Part shown: one piece after another, positions 49,282-57,794 of the stretch
How positions within the stretch are numbered: position 1 is the stretch's first letter
Layout: every line of letters begins with the position of its first letter
Source: Candidatus Omnitrophota bacterium
Lineage (GTDB): Bacteria > Omnitrophota > Gorgyraeia > Zapsychrales > Zapsychraceae
Assembly: GCA_029261065.1 (NCBI GenBank)
Contig: JAJDCB010000012.1
Location: forward strand, 77,430-141,429
Length of the DNA stretch: 64,000 nt
Direction: 5' to 3'
Translations under genes and position numbers: made by a program
Notes under the pieces: generated by a model
Told to the model about the DNA's origin: nothing
The model's database searches: none
The model's input: the letters and a program-made list of their open reading frames with translations, nothing else

Positions 49282-49854
49282 TTAAACCGTTTCAGCAACC
49301 TCTACAGTGACCTCAGGGTTAAACTGATCCTTTAAAATATTTTCGATAGCCATCATCGTTCCCATCGTTGCACTCGGACATGAGCCGCAAGCGCCTTGAT
49401 AGAAGATTTTAACGATATTATTTTCATAATTGACGACTTGAAGGTCGCCTCCATCCATTTGAAGAGCTGGACGAACGGTTTGATCGAGAATGGAGTTGAT
49501 TTGAGCAACATCAGGATTATCGTTGGATGCGGCTTTTGGTGTTTCTACGGTAGGTTCATCAACTTTAAAATTTGGGTTATGCTCAGGCATTTTTTCCATA
49601 ATTTTTTGACGAATAGATTCTTCAAGATTATCCCAATCTTGAGAGCCATCTTGGGTGATGGTTATATAGTTATCAAAAAAATAAACTTCTTTAATGGCTT
49701 CATTAAGGGTAAATAATTCTTTAGCTAAGGGGTTCAGTTCACAATCTTGTGCTGTTTTGTATGTAACATTACCTTCTTCTTTGACAGGTGAATTGACCAC
49801 AAATTTTAATGCATTTGGGTTTGGGGTGCTTTGGATCATTAATTTTACGTCCAT
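49282..49854 (-). CDS. nfuA: NfuA-like Fe-S cluster carrier (Nfu_N plus NifU C-terminal domain)
   Basis: 190 aa. C-terminal LQMDGGDL ... GACGSCPSATMGT CxxC motif. Confidence 0.75.
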   Translation of the reverse strand: MDVKLMIQSTPNPNALKFVVNSPVKEEGNVTYKTAQDCELNPLAKELFTLNEAIKEVYFFDNYITITQDGSQDWDNLEESIRQKIMEKMPEHNPNFKVDEPTVETPKAASNDNPDVAQINSILDQTVRPALQMDGGDLQVVNYENNIVKIFYQGACGSCPSATMGTMMAIENILKDQFNPEVTVEVAETV

Positions 49855-49872
49855 TGTTTTCTCCTTGAAATA

Positions 49873-49953
49873 AAGTCAAAAAATGCCTTATTTAATATAA
49901 GTATAATACAATTTACGCCCAATTTGTCAATAAATACTTTATTTTTTGACTTA
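49873..49953. promoter_or_regulatory. Perfect 12-bp inverted repeat (aagtcaaaaaat / attttttgactt) with a 57-bp spacer, upstream of nfuA
   Basis: Read directly from the sequence. Located 20-100 nt upstream of the first gene of the nfuA-pcd-rrf2-suf operon. Confidence 0.35.
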
Positions 49954-50012
49954 TTTATTTTGTCTATGTAATTTTTAAGTGTAGTTAATGTAAGCTGTTA
50001 ATTTACAGTACT

Positions 50013-51209
50013 TTATGACTTAATGTATTTTTCATAAATAAAATGGGCAAAAGGAAAAGCGCAGGTAAATGCTGGTGAAACGGCATTGAGGATGTGGATG
50101 CTGTTATGGTCGGCCTCGATGTGGAAATCTTGGAGGAGTTGGTTATTTGACGTATTTAACAACTGAGCACGGATGCCAGGTTTTGTAAATTCTGTAAATC
50201 CATGAGGATCGATTTCTTTAACCATTTTTTGGGCCAGGGATACAAAGTGTTTTTTACGATATTTCTTCATCTCCTCTATGGCTAGATGACGAAATTGAAA
50301 ATCGTTGGTCATAAAGAGTTTTGTTTCTTGAAAAGCAATTTCAAAAAATTCTAATAGTTTAAAATTTTTTAAGCCCTTATAATTCTCTCTCCAAAAAGCT
50401 GGTATGGCTGTTGGTCCTATTTTGATGCTGTGGTCCACGGTTATTGTAAAATGCACGCCTAAAAACGGATTATTAAGATTAGGAACAGGATAGATGTTGG
50501 TTTTTAGATCCGTTTTGTTTTTTGTATATTTCAGATACAGCCCTTTAAACGGAATGATGGTATAGTTTTGACCAAAGTGAAAATTTTTGGCAATTTTATC
50601 AGCATAAAGTCCTGCACAATTAATTATTTTTTTTCCTTCAAAAGATCCTTTGTTTGTTTCAATCACATTGTTCTTACGTGATAAATATTTTGTGTGAAAT
50701 AAGAATTCAACACCTTTATTTTCTAATTGATGTTTGAGATGTTGACAAACCTCTTTTGGATCGATGCTTGCCGTATCAGGCGAATAAAGAGCTTTTAGGT
50801 GTGTGTTAACATTTTGTTCTATCTCTTCGGCTTCTTCTTTATCAATAAGTTTAACGTTGGATCCATTTTTTCGTCCACGTCGTTCTAATTCGTGAAGTTG
50901 GGCCACTTCAATATCATTATTTGCAACGACTAATTTTCCACAAGGGTTTATGGATAAATTGTTTTCTTTTACATATTTTCTCATAGCCTTATTACCTTCA
51001 ACAGTAAATTGGGCTTTAAGGCTATCGGCGGAATAATAAAAACCAGCGTGTAATACCCCACTATTACGACCAGAGGCATGGAAAGCTTCTTTGGTTTCTT
51101 TATCAAAAATAAGAATAGAAGCTTTGGGCTGATTGTCATTAATGGTTTTAGCAATAGCTAAACCAATAATGCCAGATCCAATAATGATATATTCAAATTT
51201 TGATTTCAT
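50013..51209 (-). CDS. FAD-dependent oxidoreductase, L-2-hydroxyglutarate oxidase (LhgO)-like
   Basis: 398 aa. IIIGSGIIGLAIA dinucleotide motif, SGRNSGVLHAG motif. Confidence 0.65.
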   Translation of the reverse strand: MKSKFEYIIIGSGIIGLAIAKTINDNQPKASILIFDKETKEAFHASGRNSGVLHAGFYYSADSLKAQFTVEGNKAMRKYVKENNLSINPCGKLVVANNDIEVAQLHELERRGRKNGSNVKLIDKEEAEEIEQNVNTHLKALYSPDTASIDPKEVCQHLKHQLENKGVEFLFHTKYLSRKNNVIETNKGSFEGKKIINCAGLYADKIAKNFHFGQNYTIIPFKGLYLKYTKNKTDLKTNIYPVPNLNNPFLGVHFTITVDHSIKIGPTAIPAFWRENYKGLKNFKLLEFFEIAFQETKLFMTNDFQFRHLAIEEMKKYRKKHFVSLAQKMVKEIDPHGFTEFTKPGIRAQLLNTSNNQLLQDFHIEADHNSIHILNAVSPAFTCAFPFAHFIYEKYIKS

Positions 51210-51231
51210 AAGATTATTAATTTTTATGTGA

Positions 51232-52467
51232 TCATTTATTTAAAAATTTTAAAAAGGTATTCTCTAGTCGATCACAACATTTCTCCCAACTCCAACTCGC
51301 TTCTACTTCTTTTCTGGCATTTTCTCCCATAGATTGAGCCAATGATTCATCCCTTAGTACTCTTTCAATTGCTCGCGCACATTGATCAACATCTCTGTTA
51401 ACTAAAATTCCTGTTTTACCATCCTTAACCGTCTCAAGCAAGCCTCCCTCTTTGATGGCAACAACGGGTGTTTTACATGCCATCGCCTCAAGGGTGACTA
51501 AACCCAACGGCTCCATGACGGGAACAAATACGAATATTTTAGTTTTGTGATAAATAGTTAAAAGTTCTTGGTCCGTGATATCGCGTTTTAACTCCAATGG
51601 AACATCCAGTTCTTTAGCTAAATTTAGTAAATATCCTGGATATTCTGGGTCTCCCCATTGTCCAATCACAACGAGCCTAGGTTGAATATCTTTATTGATT
51701 TTTGATAAAGCTTCAACCACAAAATGATGCATCTTGCTTTTGGCAAGACCGCCAACAGATAGGACATAATTTTCTCGCACTTCATTTTTTGGCGAAAAAA
51801 AATGAATATCAACGCCCGGTTGGCACACCTCTGCAGATATCCCATAAGCATTAAAAATGGCTTTTTTTGTAAATTGTGAGTTTGTTAGAACAGAATGTGC
51901 AGCATGAATATTTGTCGCATCAGCATTTTTAAACAGTTGGGCTTGTAAATCTAGAAGTTTATTTTCGAGTAAGGTTTTAAATTTTTTAAAAACATTTTTT
52001 CCTTCATAGATAATAGGATCGTAGTAATTTTTAACAGTTGAATCATAAAAAGCTCGTAATGGCTCATGTGCGTAATAGATTGTTGGCGTTTTTAAATGTC
52101 GAAGTAGAAAAGGAGCTTGGGTGAATTGACAATTGTGGGAGAAGACTAAGTCATAACCTCTTTGATCAATATCTTCTGCCATTTTTTTATAACAAAGATT
52201 CATCTCTTGATAGTATTTTTCTCTGAGAAAATAAACGTATATGAGTTTTAAAAAATAAGGTTTGATAGTTTTACATGTCATTTTAAACTCTTTATCACAA
52301 ATGTATGTATTATCGGCAACAAGTTCAGGCGAGAATAGGCCTCCGGAATTTTTCTTGAAGGTATAATAATCTAAGCTATGGCCTTTTTCTTTTAAACCTT
52401 TTGCAAAATGATATAGGGCTCTACGTGCACCAGAGGCTGGTAAATTTTGAAAACAAGCGATCTTCAT
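51232..52467 (-). CDS. Glycosyltransferase family 4 (GT-B)
   Basis: 411 aa. C-terminal EPLGLVTLEAMACKTPVVA retaining GT-B motif. Confidence 0.75.
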   Translation of the reverse strand: MKIACFQNLPASGARRALYHFAKGLKEKGHSLDYYTFKKNSGGLFSPELVADNTYICDKEFKMTCKTIKPYFLKLIYVYFLREKYYQEMNLCYKKMAEDIDQRGYDLVFSHNCQFTQAPFLLRHLKTPTIYYAHEPLRAFYDSTVKNYYDPIIYEGKNVFKKFKTLLENKLLDLQAQLFKNADATNIHAAHSVLTNSQFTKKAIFNAYGISAEVCQPGVDIHFFSPKNEVRENYVLSVGGLAKSKMHHFVVEALSKINKDIQPRLVVIGQWGDPEYPGYLLNLAKELDVPLELKRDITDQELLTIYHKTKIFVFVPVMEPLGLVTLEAMACKTPVVAIKEGGLLETVKDGKTGILVNRDVDQCARAIERVLRDESLAQSMGENARKEVEASWSWEKCCDRLENTFLKFLNK

Positions 52468-53255
52468 TCAATGCCTTTTTTTAATTTAAGATAAAGAGAT
52501 TTCCAGTCGACAAAATGAGGCATTTCAGGAAAGGGGCTAAAGTGTGCCGCTAAAGAAGGTATGGGAGATAAACATATTTCTTTTTGATAAATCTTATTAA
52601 TGGTCTCATCTTCATGTCCACCAGACACTTTTTTGTTAGATTGTGCAAAAGCCATGTATAATTTCCAATATTTTTTTAATACTCTCTGACTGATCATAAA
52701 TGTTCCTGTGGTGTGCTTAATTGTCCTCCAATGACGATCTGAGCCTAAATAGATAAGCGAATCGTAGGGTTTGTCTCGAAGATATCGATCAATGTAATCT
52801 GTTGGGTGAATGATGCAGTCTTGATGAAACCCTCGATAAAATGTGAGCATGGATGTTATTGCTTCTGGAGAGTGCAGATAATCATCTTCACAAAAATAAG
52901 TTAATTCAAAATCTTTATCACGAGCCAATTGAAAGCAAGCGTCAAGCGATTCGCCATTGCCTGTATCTTTAAGGGCAATGAATTGATGACGCTTTGAATT
53001 TTTAAGTAACATCCCCTTCATTTTTTCAACGTCGCTTTTCTCAGAATGATCATCTAAGATATGAATCGTGCAATCATCCGTGATCGAGTGCAATAATGAT
53101 TCTAAACAACATAAGACAACCTCTCGTTTTGTAGCATCAAATGGGCGATTGCCCCCTCGTACAGAATGAACAGGAATACAGCATCTAAAAATAATGTTTA
53201 AATGTGTAATATTATTATTTTGATTTTTTTTAGCATCAGTATTAAACATGTCCAC
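52464..53255 (-). CDS. Putative GT-A fold glycosyltransferase
   Basis: 263 aa. ILDDHSEKSD and CEDDYLH DxD-like motifs. Overlaps the GT4 gene by 4 nt. Confidence 0.45.
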   Translation of the reverse strand: MDMFNTDAKKNQNNNITHLNIIFRCCIPVHSVRGGNRPFDATKREVVLCCLESLLHSITDDCTIHILDDHSEKSDVEKMKGMLLKNSKRHQFIALKDTGNGESLDACFQLARDKDFELTYFCEDDYLHSPEAITSMLTFYRGFHQDCIIHPTDYIDRYLRDKPYDSLIYLGSDRHWRTIKHTTGTFMISQRVLKKYWKLYMAFAQSNKKVSGGHEDETINKIYQKEICLSPIPSLAAHFSPFPEMPHFVDWKSLYLKLKKGIE

Positions 53256-53330
53256 ATATTATCATAAAATAGCGAATTAACAAAAGGGCTGAATAGTTAT
53301 TTTGTTTACCGATACTTTACGAATTAAAAA

Positions 53331-53359
53331 TTGACTTGGCTATGTGTTATCCTTAGAAT
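53331..53359 (+). promoter_or_regulatory. Sigma70-type promoter for the CDGSH gene pair
   Basis: TTGACT, a 17-nt spacer, then TAGAAT. A GGAGG RBS lies 7 nt before the ATG at 53393. Confidence 0.6.
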
Positions 53360-53392
53360 AAAGTTAACATAAGCCATTAAACGGAGGAGTCT

Positions 53393-53629
53393 ATGAGTGA
53401 AGACGCAATACCTAAAAAAGGCCCCTATGTTCAAGAAGTAGAACCAGGCAAATATGCGTGGTGTGCATGTGGAAAATCAGCCAATCAACCCTTATGCGAT
53501 GGTTCTCATCGAGGAACAGATATCTCTCCTGTTGTAACAGAAATTGATGAAAAACAAGTTGTTGCTTGGTGTGGATGCAAAGAAAGTAAGAATAAACCGT
53601 TTTGTGATGGGTCGCATTCGCATATTTAG
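53393..53629 (+). CDS. CDGSH iron-sulfur domain protein (two CDGSH motifs)
   Basis: CACGKSANQPLCDGSH and CGCKESKNKPFCDGSH each fit C-x-C-x2-S-x3-P-x-CDGSH. Confidence 0.85.
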   Translation: MSEDAIPKKGPYVQEVEPGKYAWCACGKSANQPLCDGSHRGTDISPVVTEIDEKQVVAWCGCKESKNKPFCDGSHSHI

Positions 53630-53686
53630 TTGTTTAGGGTCATTTGATGTTGATGAGTAGCTTCTTTTCAAGTTGTAGGATATGTT

Positions 53687-53932
53687 ATGAAAAAAAAATT
53701 TCGTTACGCTCAAAATGCCCCCTTCATTCTCGATATGAAACCTGGTCGTTATGCCTGGTGTTCATGTGGAAATTCTCAAAAACAACCCTTTTGTGATGGC
53801 AATCATGAAGAAACAGGAATGTTTCCTATTATTGAAGTGATTGAAGAAGAAAAACAAGTGGCGTGGTGTGGCTGCAAATCTTCTCAAACCCCACCTTTTT
53901 GTGATGGTACACATAAGAAATTTTTGGAATGA
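53687..53932 (+). CDS. CDGSH iron-sulfur domain protein (two CDGSH motifs), paralog
   Basis: CSCGNSQKQPFCDGNH and CGCKSSQTPPFCDGTH. Confidence 0.85.
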   Translation: MKKKFRYAQNAPFILDMKPGRYAWCSCGNSQKQPFCDGNHEETGMFPIIEVIEEEKQVAWCGCKSSQTPPFCDGTHKKFLE

Positions 53933-53985
53933 TTTGAAAGTTTTATTCGAGGAATCGTACGACACTTGTATGAAGCAAGCACACT

Positions 53986-54069
53986 GTCATTCCCGAAAAA
54001 GCGGTAATCTACTGGAGCAGAACTTGTTAAAACACCAAGTTTTGGATCCCGGGTCAAACCCGGGATGAC
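53986..54069. repeat. Family A MITE-like element
   Basis: gtcattcccgaaaaagcggtaatc ... ggatcccgggtcaaacccgggatgac. Confidence 0.7.
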
Positions 54070-54113
54070 AAACTTTACTTTGTTCCCTTAATAGAGAAGA
54101 GCTTCAACCACAA

Positions 54114-54293
54114 TCAACCAAAAAACTTATCCCCCACCGCCCAATTCGAACCAGGAACTTCATCAATAACTAAATAGGTATGATCTTTCGGTTTGTTGGC
54201 AACTGTCTCCAAGGTTGTTGCAAATTGTTTCGCGATTTCTTCTTTTTGTTCTTTGGTGAGCGTTCCTACAAGTTTAAGATTAATGTATGGCAT
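54114..54293 (-). CDS. 4-oxalocrotonate tautomerase family protein
   Basis: The ~59-aa product begins MPYINLKL (Pro1 after Met removal). The ORF-track upstream extension is probably not translated. Confidence 0.7.
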   Translation of the reverse strand: MPYINLKLVGTLTKEQKEEIAKQFATTLETVANKPKDHTYLVIDEVPGSNWAVGDKFFG

Positions 54294-54312
54294 GTTGGTG
54301 TTCTCCGTTGTT

Positions 54313-54894
54313 TTATTTTTTTTCGAGTAAATACAACCCCGTATTAGCAAATAAATTAGGGCGAAATTTAATAAGGGTGTTATTAACGATTCCCTGTTCC
54401 TTTAAAATTTTAATGCTGTTACCTTTGCAAAAATATCGGAAATCCTTTAGACTTAAAAAACGTAAATTAGGGGTGTCATACCATTCGTAGGGAAGTTCTT
54501 TTGTTAGCGGCACGCGTCCTCTAAAAAAGATTTGAAAACGAGCTCTCGAGTGACAGAAATTTGGAATCCCAACAATAATCTTTTTTCCTACCCTTAGCGC
54601 TTCTAATATAGCTTTTTGCGGATGCAGGACTTGCTGCAAACTTTCATTTAAAATCACATAATCATATTTTTGCGAAGGATATTCCGAAAGTCCCGTATCA
54701 ATATCACCATGAGACACAGTCACACCTTTGGCCATACATTCATAAATTGCTTTTTCATCAATTTCAACACCGGTCGCTTTACAGGATTTTTGTTGCACGA
54801 GATGAGAAAGCAACTCCCCATTACCACAGCCTAAGTCTAGGACGCGGGAATTGGCCTTAATCCAATCTAAGATAACTTTATGATCTATACGCAT
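54313..54894 (-). CDS. metW: Methionine biosynthesis protein MetW
   Basis: 193 aa. SAM-MTase-like LDLGCGNGELL motif, immediately downstream of metX. Confidence 0.85.
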   Translation of the reverse strand: MRIDHKVILDWIKANSRVLDLGCGNGELLSHLVQQKSCKATGVEIDEKAIYECMAKGVTVSHGDIDTGLSEYPSQKYDYVILNESLQQVLHPQKAILEALRVGKKIIVGIPNFCHSRARFQIFFRGRVPLTKELPYEWYDTPNLRFLSLKDFRYFCKGNSIKILKEQGIVNNTLIKFRPNLFANTGLYLLEKK

Positions 54895-54896
54895 AT

Positions 54897-56030
54897 TTAT
54901 GGGTTTTCTTTTTCAATTCGATTTAAAAAATGGGAAATAAGTTTAGATTGTTTTTCTACTTCAACTAAAAAAGCATCATGGCCATAAGAGGAATCTATTA
55001 AAATAGCAGAGACATCAAGGTCATTAGCTTTTAGAGCTTTCACCATTTGTTTGGATTGATAAGGTGGATATAGCCAATCTGATGTGTAGGAGATAACAAG
55101 AAAGCTGCATGTCGCTTTTGAGAAGACATCTGTTAATTCTCCATCTTCGGCCAGATCAAAATAATCAAGGGCTTTGGATAAATATAAATAGGAATTGGCA
55201 TCAAAGCGTTGGACAAAACTATCAGATCGATATTTTAAATAACTCTCCACCTCAAAGTCATGAGAAAAATCGTAACCGACCTTTTCTTTTCCAATAAGTT
55301 TGCGACCAAACTTCTCCTCCATCGATGTCTCACTCATATATGTAATATGACCGATCATGCGTGAGACGGCAAGTCCTCTGGCAGGAATAGATTTTTCATA
55401 ATAATCTCCTTTTTGCCAATCAGGGTCAGCCATGATAGCTTGGCGAGCAACTTCATGTAAAGCAATCTGTTGAGCGGTATGTCGCGTATTACACGCAATT
55501 AAAATAGTGGATGCGGTTGTTTCTGGGTACATCACGGCCCATTTTTGTGCCAATAATCCTCCCATCGAACCACCGGCTGAACATAATAATTTTTTTATTC
55601 CCAAATGATCAATCAGTTTTTTTTGCGCAACAACCATGTCTTCAATGGTGACAACGGGAAAACTTAAGCCATAAGCTTTATCGGTTTTTGGGTTAATGGA
55701 AACAGGCCCCGTGCTTCCCTGACAACTTCCAATGACATTGGCACAGATAACAAAATATTTATTGGTATCAAATCCCTTGCCAGGACCAATCATCTTATCC
55801 CACCAGCCAGGTTTTTTATCACCTTCATGAAAACCTGCTGCGTGAGCATCACCGGTTAAGGCATGGTAAATTAAAATGGCATTAGACTTTTCTTGATTTA
55901 ACTCGCCGTAGGTTTCATAGGCCAACGTCACAGGAGCTAATTTGACACCGGATTTAAGGATAAAATCCTGGCCCGTATCTGCAAAAGTAAATGAGTGTGT
56001 TTCAACAATGCCTAAACCATCTAAACTCAT
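54897..56030 (-). CDS. metX: Homoserine O-acetyltransferase
   Basis: 377 aa alpha/beta hydrolase. GGSMGG nucleophile elbow, ILIYHALTGDAHA motif. Confidence 0.9.
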   Translation of the reverse strand: MSLDGLGIVETHSFTFADTGQDFILKSGVKLAPVTLAYETYGELNQEKSNAILIYHALTGDAHAAGFHEGDKKPGWWDKMIGPGKGFDTNKYFVICANVIGSCQGSTGPVSINPKTDKAYGLSFPVVTIEDMVVAQKKLIDHLGIKKLLCSAGGSMGGLLAQKWAVMYPETTASTILIACNTRHTAQQIALHEVARQAIMADPDWQKGDYYEKSIPARGLAVSRMIGHITYMSETSMEEKFGRKLIGKEKVGYDFSHDFEVESYLKYRSDSFVQRFDANSYLYLSKALDYFDLAEDGELTDVFSKATCSFLVISYTSDWLYPPYQSKQMVKALKANDLDVSAILIDSSYGHDAFLVEVEKQSKLISHFLNRIEKENP

Positions 56031-56092
56031 AATAATATTTCGCCCCTGTCCTTACACAGTACAGAGGCGTCCTTGTAGTAACGTATTAAATG

Positions 56093-56455
56093 TTATACCA
56101 TCTCAAGCTTCAATAGCCTTTGATCCAAACGTTTGAATCCGGAGTTTTGATCTTTTCTCAATTCATTGATATGATGCCTATTATCGAAAACCGCAAGCTT
56201 GACAGACTTTAATTCTGATTCGACATTGCTTAACCTATGCTCTACTGTATCAAACCTATGTTCCATTCTGCTAAATCTGTTTTCTAGTCCATCAAATTTA
56301 TTTTCCAAACCGTCAAATCTATGAATAAGCGTCATTTGACCTTCGGCTAGAAGACTAACGCTATGACTAAGATCTTCAAGGAGAACTCTTGTTTCCCTTT
56401 GAGGATCATATTCTAGGTCATTTGTTTTAGATGTAATTTTTTTGGATTTTTTCAT
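56093..56455 (-). CDS. Coiled-coil protein with tandem heptad repeats (RFDGLEN-like)
   Basis: 120 aa. RFDGLEN KFDGLEN RFSRMEH RFDTVEH RLSNVES, encoded by 21-bp tandem DNA repeats (~56200-56330). Confidence 0.55.
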   Translation of the reverse strand: MKKSKKITSKTNDLEYDPQRETRVLLEDLSHSVSLLAEGQMTLIHRFDGLENKFDGLENRFSRMEHRFDTVEHRLSNVESELKSVKLAVFDNRHHINELRKDQNSGFKRLDQRLLKLEMV

Positions 56456-56579
56456 TTTTTTTCTCCCCTTTTATTCTAATTTTATTTTTGATTTTGGGGG
56501 AAGCCGAAACGGGTAGTTGGTCGTTAATATATCACAATCCATGGGGCCTGTGAATAAGAAAATGGTGTGAAAGAAGGCT

Positions 56580-57611
56580 TTAGAGCTGCGTGTAGTGAAA
56601 CATCGCTTTAATGGCTTTTTCAGCCTTTAAGCGCATTGTTTCTTCAATATGGACTTGATCACGAGCTGTGGGATTGGTTAAGACGCGGTGAATATCTTCT
56701 AAGGTATTAGATTTCATATAGCGGCACATGGTACAAGAGCCAACTAATTGTTTGTCAGGAAATTCTGCTTGCAAGCGTGACGATAAACCGCATTCGGTAA
56801 GCATGAGAAATTTTTTGGATTCGGTTTCTCTCATGTAACTAAGCATTTGAGTGGTGCTGCCGACAAAATCAGATTGAGCGATGATATCCGGCGTGCATTC
56901 AGGGTGTGAGACGATTTTCGCGTCTGGGTATTCTGTACGCACTTTAAAAATATCTTCTGTTGTGTATTCCTCATGAACATAACATGTTCCTGAGGAATAC
57001 TTAATATCTTTCTTAACACCACGTGCTTTCATCTCATTGACAAGGTTTTGCCCCATGAGTTTGTCAGGCAAAAAGTAGATTTTATCATTAGGAATTTCTT
57101 CGACGACTTTATAGACATTGGCTGATGTGACACAGACATCGGATTCGGCTTTGACTTCAGCTGAGGTATTGATGTAGCAAACAAATGTGTAATCAGGAAA
57201 TTCTTGGCGAAGTTGGCGTACTGTTTTTGCATCTATGGAATCTGCTAACGTGCAACCATCTAATAAAGCTGGAATAAGAACTTCTTTGTTGGGATTTAAA
57301 ATTTTAGCTGTCTCTCCCATAAAACGGACAGCCGCAAAGACAATGGTGTCAGCTTCTGTCTCCATGGCATTTTTACTAAGCGCATAAGAATCACCGACAT
57401 AATCACCAACACCGTATAAGATTTCAGGTGAAACATAGGAGTGGACTAAGATAACCGCATTCTTCGCTTCTTTTAATTCACGAATATCATTGATAAGAGG
57501 AACGAGTTCTTCACATTTTTTAAGCGAATAGTGACAGACGTTTCCGCCCACTTTAATATCTTTTAAAGAGTGATGAAGTTCTTCGGCTGTTATGCGTTGT
57601 GCGGTTATCAT
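56580..57611 (-). CDS. nadA: Quinolinate synthase
   Basis: 343 aa. Three conserved Cys regions (DGCTLA, VTSAN, GSCTMC) and ILVHSY motif. Confidence 0.85.
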   Translation of the reverse strand: MITAQRITAEELHHSLKDIKVGGNVCHYSLKKCEELVPLINDIRELKEAKNAVILVHSYVSPEILYGVGDYVGDSYALSKNAMETEADTIVFAAVRFMGETAKILNPNKEVLIPALLDGCTLADSIDAKTVRQLRQEFPDYTFVCYINTSAEVKAESDVCVTSANVYKVVEEIPNDKIYFLPDKLMGQNLVNEMKARGVKKDIKYSSGTCYVHEEYTTEDIFKVRTEYPDAKIVSHPECTPDIIAQSDFVGSTTQMLSYMRETESKKFLMLTECGLSSRLQAEFPDKQLVGSCTMCRYMKSNTLEDIHRVLTNPTARDQVHIEETMRLKAEKAIKAMFHYTQL

Positions 57612-57794
57612 AGGATTATGACCTCTTATATAAACTTATCTACCTATAGTATGAATGCTTTATATTAATGTTCAATGGGAAATATTTTGAAGTTTATTGA
57701 TTTTGAGGATTTTTGAATAAACTTGCTTAATTATATCAAATATTATTTTTTGTGCAAATTTTATTTATAAACTTAACGGTTTCACGAATGTGGG

